DNA of 64,000 nucleotides from Escherichia phage HY03, in the sequence record NC_031047.1; one strand, 5' to 3'. A model generated the notes under the pieces. That model did not search any database. It was not told the DNA's origin and was given only the letters and a program-made list of their open reading frames with translations. Positions within the stretch are counted from its first letter, which is position 1. Every line of letters starts with the position of its first letter. Made by a program: the position numbers and the translations under genes. Shown here piece by piece: positions 49,665-58,285 of this stretch.

Positions 49665-50980
49665 CATTTGATGATTTGACAGAAGGCCAGAAAAATGCCT
49701 TTAACATCGTTATGAGGGCTATTAAAGAAAAGAAACATCATGTAACTATTAATGGACCTGCTGGTACCGGTAAGACTACTCTTACTAAGTTCATCATTGA
49801 AGCTTTAATATCTACGGGTGAAACTGGTATTATTTTAGCAGCTCCTACTCATGCAGCTAAAAAGATTCTTTCAAAACTATCAGGGAAAGAAGCAAGTACT
49901 ATTCATAGCATTCTTAAAATTAACCCAGTAACATATGAAGAAAATGTCCTCTTTGAGCAGAAGGAAGTACCAGATTTAGCTAAATGCAGGGTATTAATCT
50001 GCGATGAAGTGTCAATGTATGATAGAAAGCTATTTAAAATTCTGCTTTCAACTATTCCACCTTGGTGTACTATAATTGGAATAGGGGATAATAAGCAAAT
50101 TAGACCTGTTGACCCAGGAGAAAACACTGCTTATATCAGTCCATTCTTTACACACAAAGATTTTTATCAGTGTGAACTCACTGAAGTTAAACGCAGTAAT
50201 GCTCCTATTATTGATGTAGCTACTGACGTTCGCAACGGTAAGTGGATTTATAATAAAATTGTTGACGGGCATGGAGTACGTGGATTTACTGGTGATACCG
50301 CTTTACGCGATTTTATGGTAAATTATTTTTCAATCGTCAAATCTCTAGATGATTTGTTTGAAAATCGTGTAATGGCATTTACGAATAAATCTGTTGATAA
50401 GTTAAATAGCATTATTCGTAAAAAGATTTTTGAAACTGATAAAGATTTTATTGTCGGTGAAATTATTGTAATGCAGGAACCATTAATTAAAACATATAAA
50501 ATTGATGGAAAGCCTGTGTCAGAAATTATTTTTAATAACGGACAATTAGTTCGTATTATAGAAGCAGAGTATACATCAACATTTGTTAAAGCTCGTGGTG
50601 TTTCTGGAGAATATCTAATTCGTCATTGGGATTTAACAGTAGAAACTTACGGCGATGATGAATATTATCGTGAAAAGATTAAAATAATTTCATCTGATGA
50701 AGAGCTGTATAAGTTTAACTTATTTTTAGGTAAAACTGCAGAAACTTACAAAAATTGGAATAAAGGTGGAAAAGCTCCGTGGAGTGATTTTTGGGATGCT
50801 AAATCACAGTTTAGTAAAGTGAAAGCACTTCCTGCATCAACATTCCATAAAGCTCAGGGTATGTCTGTAGACCGTGCTTTCATTTATACGCCTTGTATTC
50901 ATTATGCAGATGCTGAATTGGCCCAACAACTTCTTTATGTTGGTGTTACCCGTGGTCGTTATGATGTATTTTATGTATGA
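49661..50980 (+). CDS. dda: Dda DNA helicase (SF1B)
   Basis: 439 aa; Walker A GPAGTGKTT; matches T4 Dda. Confidence 0.9.
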   Translation: MTFDDLTEGQKNAFNIVMRAIKEKKHHVTINGPAGTGKTTLTKFIIEALISTGETGIILAAPTHAAKKILSKLSGKEASTIHSILKINPVTYEENVLFEQKEVPDLAKCRVLICDEVSMYDRKLFKILLSTIPPWCTIIGIGDNKQIRPVDPGENTAYISPFFTHKDFYQCELTEVKRSNAPIIDVATDVRNGKWIYNKIVDGHGVRGFTGDTALRDFMVNYFSIVKSLDDLFENRVMAFTNKSVDKLNSIIRKKIFETDKDFIVGEIIVMQEPLIKTYKIDGKPVSEIIFNNGQLVRIIEAEYTSTFVKARGVSGEYLIRHWDLTVETYGDDEYYREKIKIISSDEELYKFNLFLGKTAETYKNWNKGGKAPWSDFWDAKSQFSKVKALPASTFHKAQGMSVDRAFIYTPCIHYADAELAQQLLYVGVTRGRYDVFYV

Positions 50981-51001
50981 TTAAATTTGAGGAAGCTATT
51001 C

Positions 51002-51247
51002 GTGGAAATAACTAAAGATCAGTTTTATCTTCTTCAAGATAAAGTTAGCGAAATTTATGAAATTGCTCATGGTAAAAATCGTAAAACTGTAAAAATTGAA
51101 TCTAGTAAGTTGATGCTTCAATTAGAAGAAATTGAACGAGATTTAATTGCGTTAGAATTCTTTTGTGGTGAAGTGAAAACTGTTACAATTAATGATTATG
51201 TTTTAGGCGAAATTAGCTATCTTTATGAGGCGGTTATTAATGATTGA
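51002..51247 (+). CDS. hypothetical protein (dexA.2 position)
   Basis: 81 aa from in-frame GTG after GAGGAAG; start uncertain. Confidence 0.4.
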   Translation: MEITKDQFYLLQDKVSEIYEIAHGKNRKTVKIESSKLMLQLEEIERDLIALEFFCGEVKTVTINDYVLGEISYLYEAVIND

Positions 51248-51482
51248 ATTAAGTTGGTGGCAGTTTAAATCTCTTATAACAAATGTTAAAGATGTCATTG
51301 AAGAAAATCCAGGTCCTGAAAATATTACTATTCGCGAAAAAGCTTCAAAGATAGTATACAGTCTTGAAGAGATACAAAAAGACATTGAATCTGTGGCAAA
51401 ATTTATTGATGAGCCCATTAATAAAGTTTATATTCAAGACTATACTGTAGGTCAAATTCGCGATTTAGCAAGGAAAATTTAA
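51240..51482 (+). CDS. hypothetical protein (dexA.1 position)
   Basis: 80 aa; paralogous to the upstream ORF. Confidence 0.45.
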   Translation: MIELSWWQFKSLITNVKDVIEENPGPENITIREKASKIVYSLEEIQKDIESVAKFIDEPINKVYIQDYTVGQIRDLARKI

Positions 51483-52165
51483 TGTTTGATTTTATTATAG
51501 ATTTTGAAACAATGGGAAGTGGTGAAAAGGCAGCTGTTATTGATTTGGCTGTTATTGCCTTTGACCCTAATCCAGAAGTAGTTGAAACATTTGATGAATT
51601 AGTTTCACGTGGCATTAAAATCAAATTTGATTTAAAAAGCCAAAAAGGACATCGTCTTTTTACTAAAAGCACTATTGAATGGTGGAAAAATCAGTCTCCT
51701 GAAGCTCGAAAAAATATTGCACCATCAGATGAAGATGTAAGCACCATTGATGGTATTGCAAAATTTAATGATTACATCAATGCACATAACATCGATCCTT
51801 GGAAATCTCAAGGCTGGTGCCGTGGAATGTCGTTTGATTTTCCAATTTTAGTCGATCTCATTCGCGATATTCAACGTCTTAACGGCGTTTCCGAGAATGA
51901 GCTTGATACATTTAAGTTAGAACCGTGTAAATTTTGGAATCAGCGTGATATTCGTACCAGAATTGAAGCGCTTCTACTTGTTCGTGATATGACCACGTGT
52001 CCCCTTCCAAAGGGAACTTTAGATGGATTTGTTGCGCATAATTCTATTCATGACTGTGCGAAAGACATCCTGATGATGAAGTATGCTTTGCGATACGCTA
52101 TGGGTCTTGAAGATGCTCCGTCAGAGGAAGATTGCGATCCTCTGTCTCTTCCAACAAAACGATAA
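51482..52165 (+). CDS. dexA: exonuclease A (DEDD-type 3-5 exonuclease)
   Basis: 227 aa; DFET exonuclease motif; matches T4 DexA. Confidence 0.85.
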   Translation: MFDFIIDFETMGSGEKAAVIDLAVIAFDPNPEVVETFDELVSRGIKIKFDLKSQKGHRLFTKSTIEWWKNQSPEARKNIAPSDEDVSTIDGIAKFNDYINAHNIDPWKSQGWCRGMSFDFPILVDLIRDIQRLNGVSENELDTFKLEPCKFWNQRDIRTRIEALLLVRDMTTCPLPKGTLDGFVAHNSIHDCAKDILMMKYALRYAMGLEDAPSEEDCDPLSLPTKR

Positions 52166-52171
52166 AAAGTT

Positions 52172-52201
52172 GTTTACTTCCTCGGTTAGTTGTGGTATTA
52201 T
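52172..52201 (+). promoter_or_regulatory. T4 early promoter
   Basis: GTTTAC, 18 nt, TATTAT. Confidence 0.7.
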
Positions 52202-52228
52202 AACACCATAGCTACTGAGGATAATAAA

Positions 52229-52729
52229 ATGAAAATTTATCGTGTTGAATCATCGTTTAGTATTCTTAATAATGAAGATGCTATAACAATACGTCGAAAT
52301 CTTTGTGTTCAAATAACGCCGTACAGGAGTATAATAGATTCATGGAGCGAAGAGTGGCTATTACACGTAGGTTATGACAGACCTAATTTTATGCATCATA
52401 GCGATAATAATAAAAGAATTCCTTTACCACACGAAGACAAATTATTAGTTAAAAACGCTAATATAGCAATTAATACTAAGTTCAAGAAAGATTATGTTGG
52501 AGTAGAATATCATATTCCAGGATGGTTTATAGCTCTTTATCATTTTGCTTTCGCTAGTGAATATGATATGATGAGATGGTTCACACGAGAAGAGCGTGAA
52601 GAATTATCTTCTAAAGGATTTTATCTTGCTGTATACGAAGTGCCAGATGACCAAGTTATCATTGGCGGACATCAAGTAATGTTCCGTAAATCCCATGCTG
52701 AACTTATAGATTTTATTGAAATGAGATAA
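52229..52729 (+). CDS. hypothetical protein (motB.2 position)
   Basis: 166 aa from in-frame ATG of track ORF 52190..52729. Confidence 0.55.
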   Translation: MKIYRVESSFSILNNEDAITIRRNLCVQITPYRSIIDSWSEEWLLHVGYDRPNFMHHSDNNKRIPLPHEDKLLVKNANIAINTKFKKDYVGVEYHIPGWFIALYHFAFASEYDMMRWFTREEREELSSKGFYLAVYEVPDDQVIIGGHQVMFRKSHAELIDFIEMR

Positions 52730-52731
52730 TT

Positions 52732-53271
52732 ATGAAATTTAATTATAATCCTGAATACACACCAAATCCGGTAGCTAAACTGATTGATTTTGATGTTGTA
52801 AGCACTTATGTATGCCCTGTTAAACCACTGGAAATTAAGGAACCTACTATGACTACCGCTATTGAAATCGGCAAAATCTACAAACTGGTTGAAACTGAAA
52901 TTAAAACTAATGCCTTGATTTCTGGTCATAAAACTCTGACTGATGTTTTTGGCGAAGGCGAGTTTGTGGTTAAAAGTTTTTCAAAAAGTAATTGGTATGA
53001 TAAGAATAAAGCTTACGTGATTCGAGCACAACGCTTAGATAATGATGAAGTAATTAAAACTATAGTCTTTGAAGCAGAGCTTATCCTCTTCCAAGAATGC
53101 GATCCTACTGACCTTTTGACTCGTGCTGTAGCTATCAAGACACCATTTATTTCGGTCTGTGGTTGGGTAACAGACCAGTGGATTGAAGATGGTGTTGAAC
53201 TCCTGAACGTTGTTCATGCAGGTGATTTTAGCGTAGTACCTCGTAGTGCAGTAGTAGCTATTTTGAATTAA
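52732..53271 (+). CDS. hypothetical protein, MotB paralog (motB.1 position)
   Basis: 179 aa; C-terminal CGWVTDQWIEDGVEL similar to downstream ORF. Confidence 0.55.
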   Translation: MKFNYNPEYTPNPVAKLIDFDVVSTYVCPVKPLEIKEPTMTTAIEIGKIYKLVETEIKTNALISGHKTLTDVFGEGEFVVKSFSKSNWYDKNKAYVIRAQRLDNDEVIKTIVFEAELILFQECDPTDLLTRAVAIKTPFISVCGWVTDQWIEDGVELLNVVHAGDFSVVPRSAVVAILN

Positions 53272-53273
53272 TA

Positions 53274-53303
53274 GTTTACAAACTCTTGGGACCAGAGTAT
53301 AAT
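53274..53303 (+). promoter_or_regulatory. T4 early promoter with inverted repeat around the -10
   Basis: GTTTAC, 18 nt, TATAAT; GGACCA / TGGTCC arms flank the -10. Confidence 0.7.
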
Positions 53304-53347
53304 GGTCCTGTGGAGTATAAAATCTTTTTAACAAGTGAGAGATAACT

Positions 53348-53845
53348 ATGATTATTAATATTGGTGAAATTGCTCGTGTATCTGATAAATCCCGTTCTAA
53401 AGCAGCAGGAAAATTGGTTGAAATTGTAAGCATTCAGCTTAAACACGGTGTTAAAGATGAAGATTCTGAAGTAAAAGTGCGTATCATTCCTAAAGATGGA
53501 AAGTCTAAACCCCAGTTTGGCTATGTTCGTGCGAAATTTCTTGAGTCTGCGTTTTTGAAAGCTGTTCCTGCTAAAGGAATTGAAACGATTGATACTTCGC
53601 ATGTAGGTGTAGACTTTAAGTGGAAACTCGGTCAAGCTATTAAGTTCGTCGCTCCTTATGAATTTGAATTTACTGAAGATGAGGAAGGGGTTGTTCAAAA
53701 ACGCCGTACTCGTGCTATGTGCGCATACATTACCGATCAGTGGGTAGAAGATGGTGTTAAGCTGTACAACGCGGTATTTTTAGGAACATACAAAGTCATT
53801 CCTGAAAGTTGGATTAAACACTATAGCAAAGCTCGCTGTGCATAA
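53348..53845 (+). CDS. motB: MotB-like transcription modifier
   Basis: 165 aa; position dexA-motB-cef as in T4. Confidence 0.55.
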   Translation: MIINIGEIARVSDKSRSKAAGKLVEIVSIQLKHGVKDEDSEVKVRIIPKDGKSKPQFGYVRAKFLESAFLKAVPAKGIETIDTSHVGVDFKWKLGQAIKFVAPYEFEFTEDEEGVVQKRRTRAMCAYITDQWVEDGVKLYNAVFLGTYKVIPESWIKHYSKARCA

Positions 53846-53869
53846 AGTTTAAAATTTTTTCATAAAACT

Positions 53870-53899
53870 ATATACATCAGTAGTTGATTATGGTACTAT
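53870..53899 (+). promoter_or_regulatory. possible promoter with 11-bp inverted repeat around TACTAT
   Basis: CAGTAGTTGAT / ATCAACTACTG flank TATGGTACTAT; -35 is only TATACA. Confidence 0.4.
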
Positions 53900-54016
53900 A
53901 TCAATATCAACTACTGATACAGAAAACAACTTGGAGAATAAAATGGAAATTCGCCAAAGGTGCTGATACTCTTCTGAAACGCATCGCTCCAATGTTTAAT
54001 TAATGAGGAAATTGTA

Positions 54017-54232
54017 ATGAAACGTAAAATTGTTCAGAATTGCACTAATGATGAATTTGAAGATGTATTATTCGATCCAGATTTGGTAGTAGTTCAAAAG
54101 GAACATACTAGCAAGTTTACTCACTTGACTTCTGTTTATGTGTATGAGAAAGTCGGTGATAAACAACCAATTTATGGTGTATTTCGTGAAATTACTGAAA
54201 ATGGCACAACTTATTGGAAGGAAATTTATTAA
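54017..54232 (+). CDS. cef: Cef (modifier of suppressor tRNAs)
   Basis: 71 aa; size and position as in T4. Confidence 0.6.
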   Translation: MKRKIVQNCTNDEFEDVLFDPDLVVVQKEHTSKFTHLTSVYVYEKVGDKQPIYGVFREITENGTTYWKEIY

Positions 54233-54645
54233 TGGCTATTAAATTTGAAGTTAATAAATGGTATCAATTCAAAAATAAACAAGCTCAAGAAAATTTTATT
54301 AAAGACCATACTGATAACGGAATCTATGCGCGGCGTTTAGGTATGGAACCTTTTAAAATTTTAGATGTTGACTATTACGGGCGTCCTACTAAAATTGTGA
54401 CATCTACTGGCATAGTTGGATATTCATCACGAGGTACAGTCATTGACGAAAACTTTATCTGGCTTTCTAGCAACGAAGCCGAGTTCTTTAATGAAGTGGA
54501 AAATCCATATCAGGCTGCTGAAGAGCAGGAAGACCCTGCACCAGTAACTGAACCATCTGAATTCCCGGTAATGAAAGTTACTATTGAAAATAATGAACAA
54601 GCATGGTCCTTGTATCAGATGTTGAAAGCTCACTTTAAGGAATAA
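54232..54645 (+). CDS. hypothetical protein (T4 goF position)
   Basis: 137 aa from in-frame ATG of track ORF 54214..54645. Confidence 0.5.
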   Translation: MAIKFEVNKWYQFKNKQAQENFIKDHTDNGIYARRLGMEPFKILDVDYYGRPTKIVTSTGIVGYSSRGTVIDENFIWLSSNEAEFFNEVENPYQAAEEQEDPAPVTEPSEFPVMKVTIENNEQAWSLYQMLKAHFKE

Positions 54646-54647
54646 TT

Positions 54648-54824
54648 ATGCCGCTTTATGATTATAAATGTCAATCCAAAGACTGTGCAAAAGAATACGA
54701 AAAAATCAAGAAAATTTCTGAAAGAGATACTGATGTATGTCCTGATTGTCATCGGATTGCTATTCGGTTAGTTTCCGCTCCTAAGCATGTGAACGGTGGA
54801 TTTTACGACTTACTTAAAGGGTAA
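54648..54824 (+). CDS. zinc-ribbon protein (39.2 position)
   Basis: 58 aa; CxxC...CxxC (CQSKDC...CPDC). Confidence 0.5.
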   Translation: MPLYDYKCQSKDCAKEYEKIKKISERDTDVCPDCHRIAIRLVSAPKHVNGGFYDLLKG

Positions 54825-54826
54825 TT

Positions 54827-55084
54827 ATGAAATATGTTAATCGTTCTATCGCAGCATTAGTATTAGCAGTGTCTTTAGTAGGATGTACTGATGCTGATAA
54901 TGCAACCAAAGTTTTGTCTTCAAGCGGTTTTACTAATATTGAAATCACTGGATATAATTGGTTCGGTTGCTCTGAAAATGATTTCCAGCATACTGGATTT
55001 CGTGCTATTGGGACCTACTGGGCAGAAAGTAGAAGGAACAGTATGTTCTGGACTATTCTTCAAGGATTCGACTATCCGTTTTAA
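54827..55084 (+). CDS. putative lipoprotein (39.1 position)
   Basis: 85 aa; lipobox LVGC. Confidence 0.55.
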   Translation: MKYVNRSIAALVLAVSLVGCTDADNATKVLSSSGFTNIEITGYNWFGCSENDFQHTGFRAIGTYWAESRRNSMFWTILQGFDYPF

Positions 55085-55087
55085 ATA

Positions 55088-55105
55088 AAAGGCCTTCGGG
55101 CCTTT
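55088..55105 (+). terminator. UUCG-tetraloop hairpin
   Basis: AAAGGCC-TTCG-GGCCTTT. Confidence 0.55.
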
Positions 55106-55130
55106 AGCTTTATGATTACCGGAGTATAAT
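55106..55130 (+). promoter_or_regulatory. middle-type promoter (variant MotA box)
   Basis: AGCTTTA, 12 nt, TATAAT upstream of gene 39. Confidence 0.5.
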
Positions 55131-55157
55131 ATTCCCGAAACCAAACGAGGATAAGTG

Positions 55158-56708
55158 ATGATTAAGAATGAAATTAAAATTCTGAGCGATATTGAACATA
55201 TCAAAAAGCGTAGCGGCATGTACATTGGCTCTTCTGCTAATGAAATGCATGAGCGCTTTCTGTTTGGTAAATGGGAAAGTGTTCAGTATGTACCTGGTCT
55301 TGTTAAGCTTATTGATGAAATTATCGATAACTCAGTAGATGAAGGTATTCGTACTAAGTTTAAATTCGCAAATAAAATTAATGTTACTATTAAAAACAAT
55401 CAAGTAACAGTTGAAGATAACGGTCGCGGTATTCCACAGGCGATGGTTAAAACACCTACCGGTGAAGAAATTCCTGGTCCTGTTGCTGCGTGGACTATTC
55501 CAAAAGCAGGTGGTAACTTCGGTGATGATAAAGAACGCGTCACTGGCGGTATGAATGGTGTTGGTTCTAGTTTGACAAACATTTTTTCTGTGATGTTTGT
55601 CGGTGAAACTGGTGATGGTCAAAATAATATTGTAGTTCGTTGTTCAAATGGCATGGAAAATAAATCATGGGAAGATATTCCCGGAAAATGGAAAGGAACT
55701 CGTGTTACTTTCATTCCTGATTTTATGTCATTTGAAACTAATGAGTTGTCCCAAGTTTATCTTGACATTACATTAGATCGTCTCCAGACACTTGCTGTTG
55801 TTTATCCTGATATTCAATTTACCTTTAATGGTAAAAAGGTTCAGGGCAATTTTAAGAAATATGCACGCCAATATGATGAACATGCTATCGTTCAAGAACA
55901 AGAAAATTGTTCTATTGCGGTCGGTCGTTCACCGGATGGTTTTCGTCAATTAACATACGTCAATAACATTCACACTAAGAATGGTGGTCATCACATTGAC
56001 TGTGTTATGGATGATATTTGTGAAGACCTTATTCCACAAATCAAACGTAAGTTCAAAATTGATGTAACTAAAGCACGTGTCAAAGAATGTTTGACTATCG
56101 TTATGTTTGTTCGTGATATGAAAAACATGCGATTTGATTCTCAAACTAAAGAACGACTTACTTCTCCTTTTGGTGAAATTCGTAGTCATATTCAACTTGA
56201 TGCTAAAAAGATTTCACGTGCTATTTTAAATAATGAAGCAATTTTAATGCCGATTATTGAAGCTGCTTTGGCTCGTAAATTGGCGGCAGAAAAAGCAGCA
56301 GAAACTAAAGCAGCTAAAAAGGCTTCTAAAGCTAAGGTTCATAAACATATTAAAGCGAATCTTTGCGGTAAAGATGCTGACACTACTCTTTTCTTGACTG
56401 AGGGTGATTCGGCTATCGGATATCTTATTGATGTTCGTGATAAAGAACTTCACGGCGGTTATCCATTGCGTGGTAAAGTTCTTAATAGCTGGGGTATGTC
56501 ATATGCTGATATGCTTAAAAACAAAGAACTATTTGATATTTGCGCAATCACTGGATTAGTTCTTGGTGAAAAAGCGTTTGAAGAAAAAGAAGACGGTGAG
56601 TGGTTTACTCTCGAACTAAATGGTGATACAATTATTGTAAATGAAAATGATGAAGTACAGATTAATGGTAAATGGATAACAGTAGGTGAATTACGAAAAA
56701 ATCTATAA
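55158..56708 (+). CDS. 39: DNA topoisomerase II large subunit gp39 (ATPase plus Toprim N-part)
   Basis: 516 aa; GHKL ATPase motifs; matches T4 gp39. Confidence 0.9.
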   Translation: MIKNEIKILSDIEHIKKRSGMYIGSSANEMHERFLFGKWESVQYVPGLVKLIDEIIDNSVDEGIRTKFKFANKINVTIKNNQVTVEDNGRGIPQAMVKTPTGEEIPGPVAAWTIPKAGGNFGDDKERVTGGMNGVGSSLTNIFSVMFVGETGDGQNNIVVRCSNGMENKSWEDIPGKWKGTRVTFIPDFMSFETNELSQVYLDITLDRLQTLAVVYPDIQFTFNGKKVQGNFKKYARQYDEHAIVQEQENCSIAVGRSPDGFRQLTYVNNIHTKNGGHHIDCVMDDICEDLIPQIKRKFKIDVTKARVKECLTIVMFVRDMKNMRFDSQTKERLTSPFGEIRSHIQLDAKKISRAILNNEAILMPIIEAALARKLAAEKAAETKAAKKASKAKVHKHIKANLCGKDADTTLFLTEGDSAIGYLIDVRDKELHGGYPLRGKVLNSWGMSYADMLKNKELFDICAITGLVLGEKAFEEKEDGEWFTLELNGDTIIVNENDEVQINGKWITVGELRKNL

Positions 56709-57504
56709 TGACTTAATAGCGCGGGGTAAAACTCGCGTTTCTAAATTTAAAGGTGAAATTCACCATATCCTTCCAAGATCAATGGGAGGTTCTGATGATA
56801 AAGAAAATTTGGTAAAACTGACTTTTCGTGAACACTTTTTAGCACATTTTCTACTATATAAAATTCATCGTAATCGTGAAATGGCATATGCGATGAATAG
56901 AATGTTAAACACTGAAAAATATTTACGTTCTAGTAAATTATATGAAATTGCTAGAATTTACCATCAAAGAGCAGTATCTGAATGGTCAAAAAACTTTATG
57001 AAAGATAAAGTTTTAATGAGAAGTATTAAATCGGGTAAATGCGCCTTATTAATTAAAGGATCATTTAACCCAAAGGAATGGTGCGGTGTTAATAAAGGTG
57101 TTAAGCTTCCTGGAATTAAAGGCATGACATGCTTTAAAAATGAAAAAGGCGAAGTTTTTCGTCTTCATGTTAATGATCCACGCATTAAAGCTGAAAAATT
57201 AGTTGGTATTGGAAATACTGTTGCTGCTACTGCAAAAGCAGCTGAACTTGAAAAAGCGAAACCATGGTATAATAAATCAGCGACAAATCCAGAGGCTGTA
57301 AAATTAATACCAAATTTATATGAATGGTACGTCACGAAATATGACCCCGATCATTATAAACGAACGGGAGTTGCTAAATGGAAATCAGTTAATAATATAA
57401 CTGTGAATTCAAAATTATTCGGCCGAGCATTTAATGAATTTAAACGCGGCTGGATTCCTGATGAAAAGTTCTACGAGGTGTATAATGAAATTTGTAAAAA
57501 TTGA
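56686..57504 (+). CDS. mobA: HNH homing endonuclease
   Basis: HNH motif EIHHILPRSMGGSDDKENLVKLTFREHFLAH; inserted between 39 and 60; start (GTG 56686) uncertain. Confidence 0.65.
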   Translation: MNYEKIYNDLIARGKTRVSKFKGEIHHILPRSMGGSDDKENLVKLTFREHFLAHFLLYKIHRNREMAYAMNRMLNTEKYLRSSKLYEIARIYHQRAVSEWSKNFMKDKVLMRSIKSGKCALLIKGSFNPKEWCGVNKGVKLPGIKGMTCFKNEKGEVFRLHVNDPRIKAEKLVGIGNTVAATAKAAELEKAKPWYNKSATNPEAVKLIPNLYEWYVTKYDPDHYKRTGVAKWKSVNNITVNSKLFGRAFNEFKRGWIPDEKFYEVYNEICKN

Positions 57505-57622
57505 TTCTTCTAGCATTGATATGAAAAAATATAAATCGCAGAACAATGTCCGTCGTTCTATTAAATCCTCTTCAATGAACTATGCGAATGTCGCTATTAT
57601 GACAGACGCAGATCACGATGGA
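57485..57622 (+). CDS. 60: topoisomerase II subunit gp60, codons 1-46 (before bypass)
   Basis: MKFVKIDSSS...DADHDG ending at take-off GGA followed by TAG. Confidence 0.85.
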
Positions 57623-57672
57623 TAGCCTTCGGGCTATCTATAGAAATACCTCATAATTAAGAGATTATTGGA
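57620..57672 (+). promoter_or_regulatory. gene 60 translational bypass element (take-off GGA, 50-nt gap, landing GGA)
   Basis: GGA UAG then UAGCC-UUCG-GGCUA hairpin; landing GGA exactly 50 nt after take-off; reading frame resumes UUA GGU UCU. Confidence 0.85.
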
Positions 57673-58017
57673 TTAGGTTCTATTTATCCTTCTCTGCTCG
57701 GATTTTTTAGTAATTGGCCAGAATTGTTTGAGCAAGGACGAATTCGTTTTGTCAAAACTCCTGTAATCATCGCTCAGGTCGGTAAAAAACAAGAATGGTT
57801 TTATACAGTCGCTGAATATGAGAGTGCCAAAGATGCTCTACCTAAACATAGCATCCGTTATATTAAAGGACTTGGTTCTTTGGAAAAATCTGAATATCGT
57901 GAGATGATTCAAAACCCAGTATATGATGTTGTTAAACTTCCTGAGAATTGGAAAGAGCTTTTTGAAATGCTCATGGGAGATAATGCTGACCTTCGTAAAG
58001 AATGGATGAGCCAGTAG
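57673..58017 (+). CDS. 60: topoisomerase II subunit gp60, codons 47-160 (after bypass)
   Basis: LGSIYPSLLGFFSNWPELFEQGRIRFVK... matches T4 gp60. Confidence 0.85.
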   Translation, partial: LGSIYPSLLGFFSNWPELFEQGRIRFVKTPVIIAQVGKKQEWFYTVAEYESAKDALPKHSIRYIKGLGSLEKSEYREMIQNPVYDVVKLPENWKELFEMLMGDNADLRKEWMSQ

Positions 58018-58046
58018 TTTACTTTACCACAAGGATGTGGTATAAT
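58017..58046 (+). promoter_or_regulatory. T4 early promoter
   Basis: GTTTAC overlapping gene 60 stop, 18 nt, TATAAT. Confidence 0.7.
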
Positions 58047-58071
58047 TAATTGGGCAAATGAGGATATTGAA

Positions 58072-58275
58072 ATGAAATCATATAGAGTAAATTTAGAACT
58101 TTTTGATAAAGCAGTTCATCGAGAATATAGAATCATTCAACGCTTTTTCGATATGGGAGAAGCCGAAGAATTTAAAAACCGCTTTAAGGATATTAGAGAT
58201 AAAATTCAATCCGACACCGCAACTAAAGATGAACTACTAGAAGTTGCTGAAGTTATTAAACGCAATATGAATTAA
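58072..58275 (+). CDS. hypothetical protein (rIIA.1 position)
   Basis: 67-aa ORF. Confidence 0.55.
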   Translation: MKSYRVNLELFDKAVHREYRIIQRFFDMGEAEEFKNRFKDIRDKIQSDTATKDELLEVAEVIKRNMN

Positions 58276-58285
58276 TGAGGAAATT

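Noticed and set aside
53276-53698. 140-aa minus-strand ORF (and 53035..53433)
   Set aside because: Antisense to well-supported + strand genes and a promoter; no start context.
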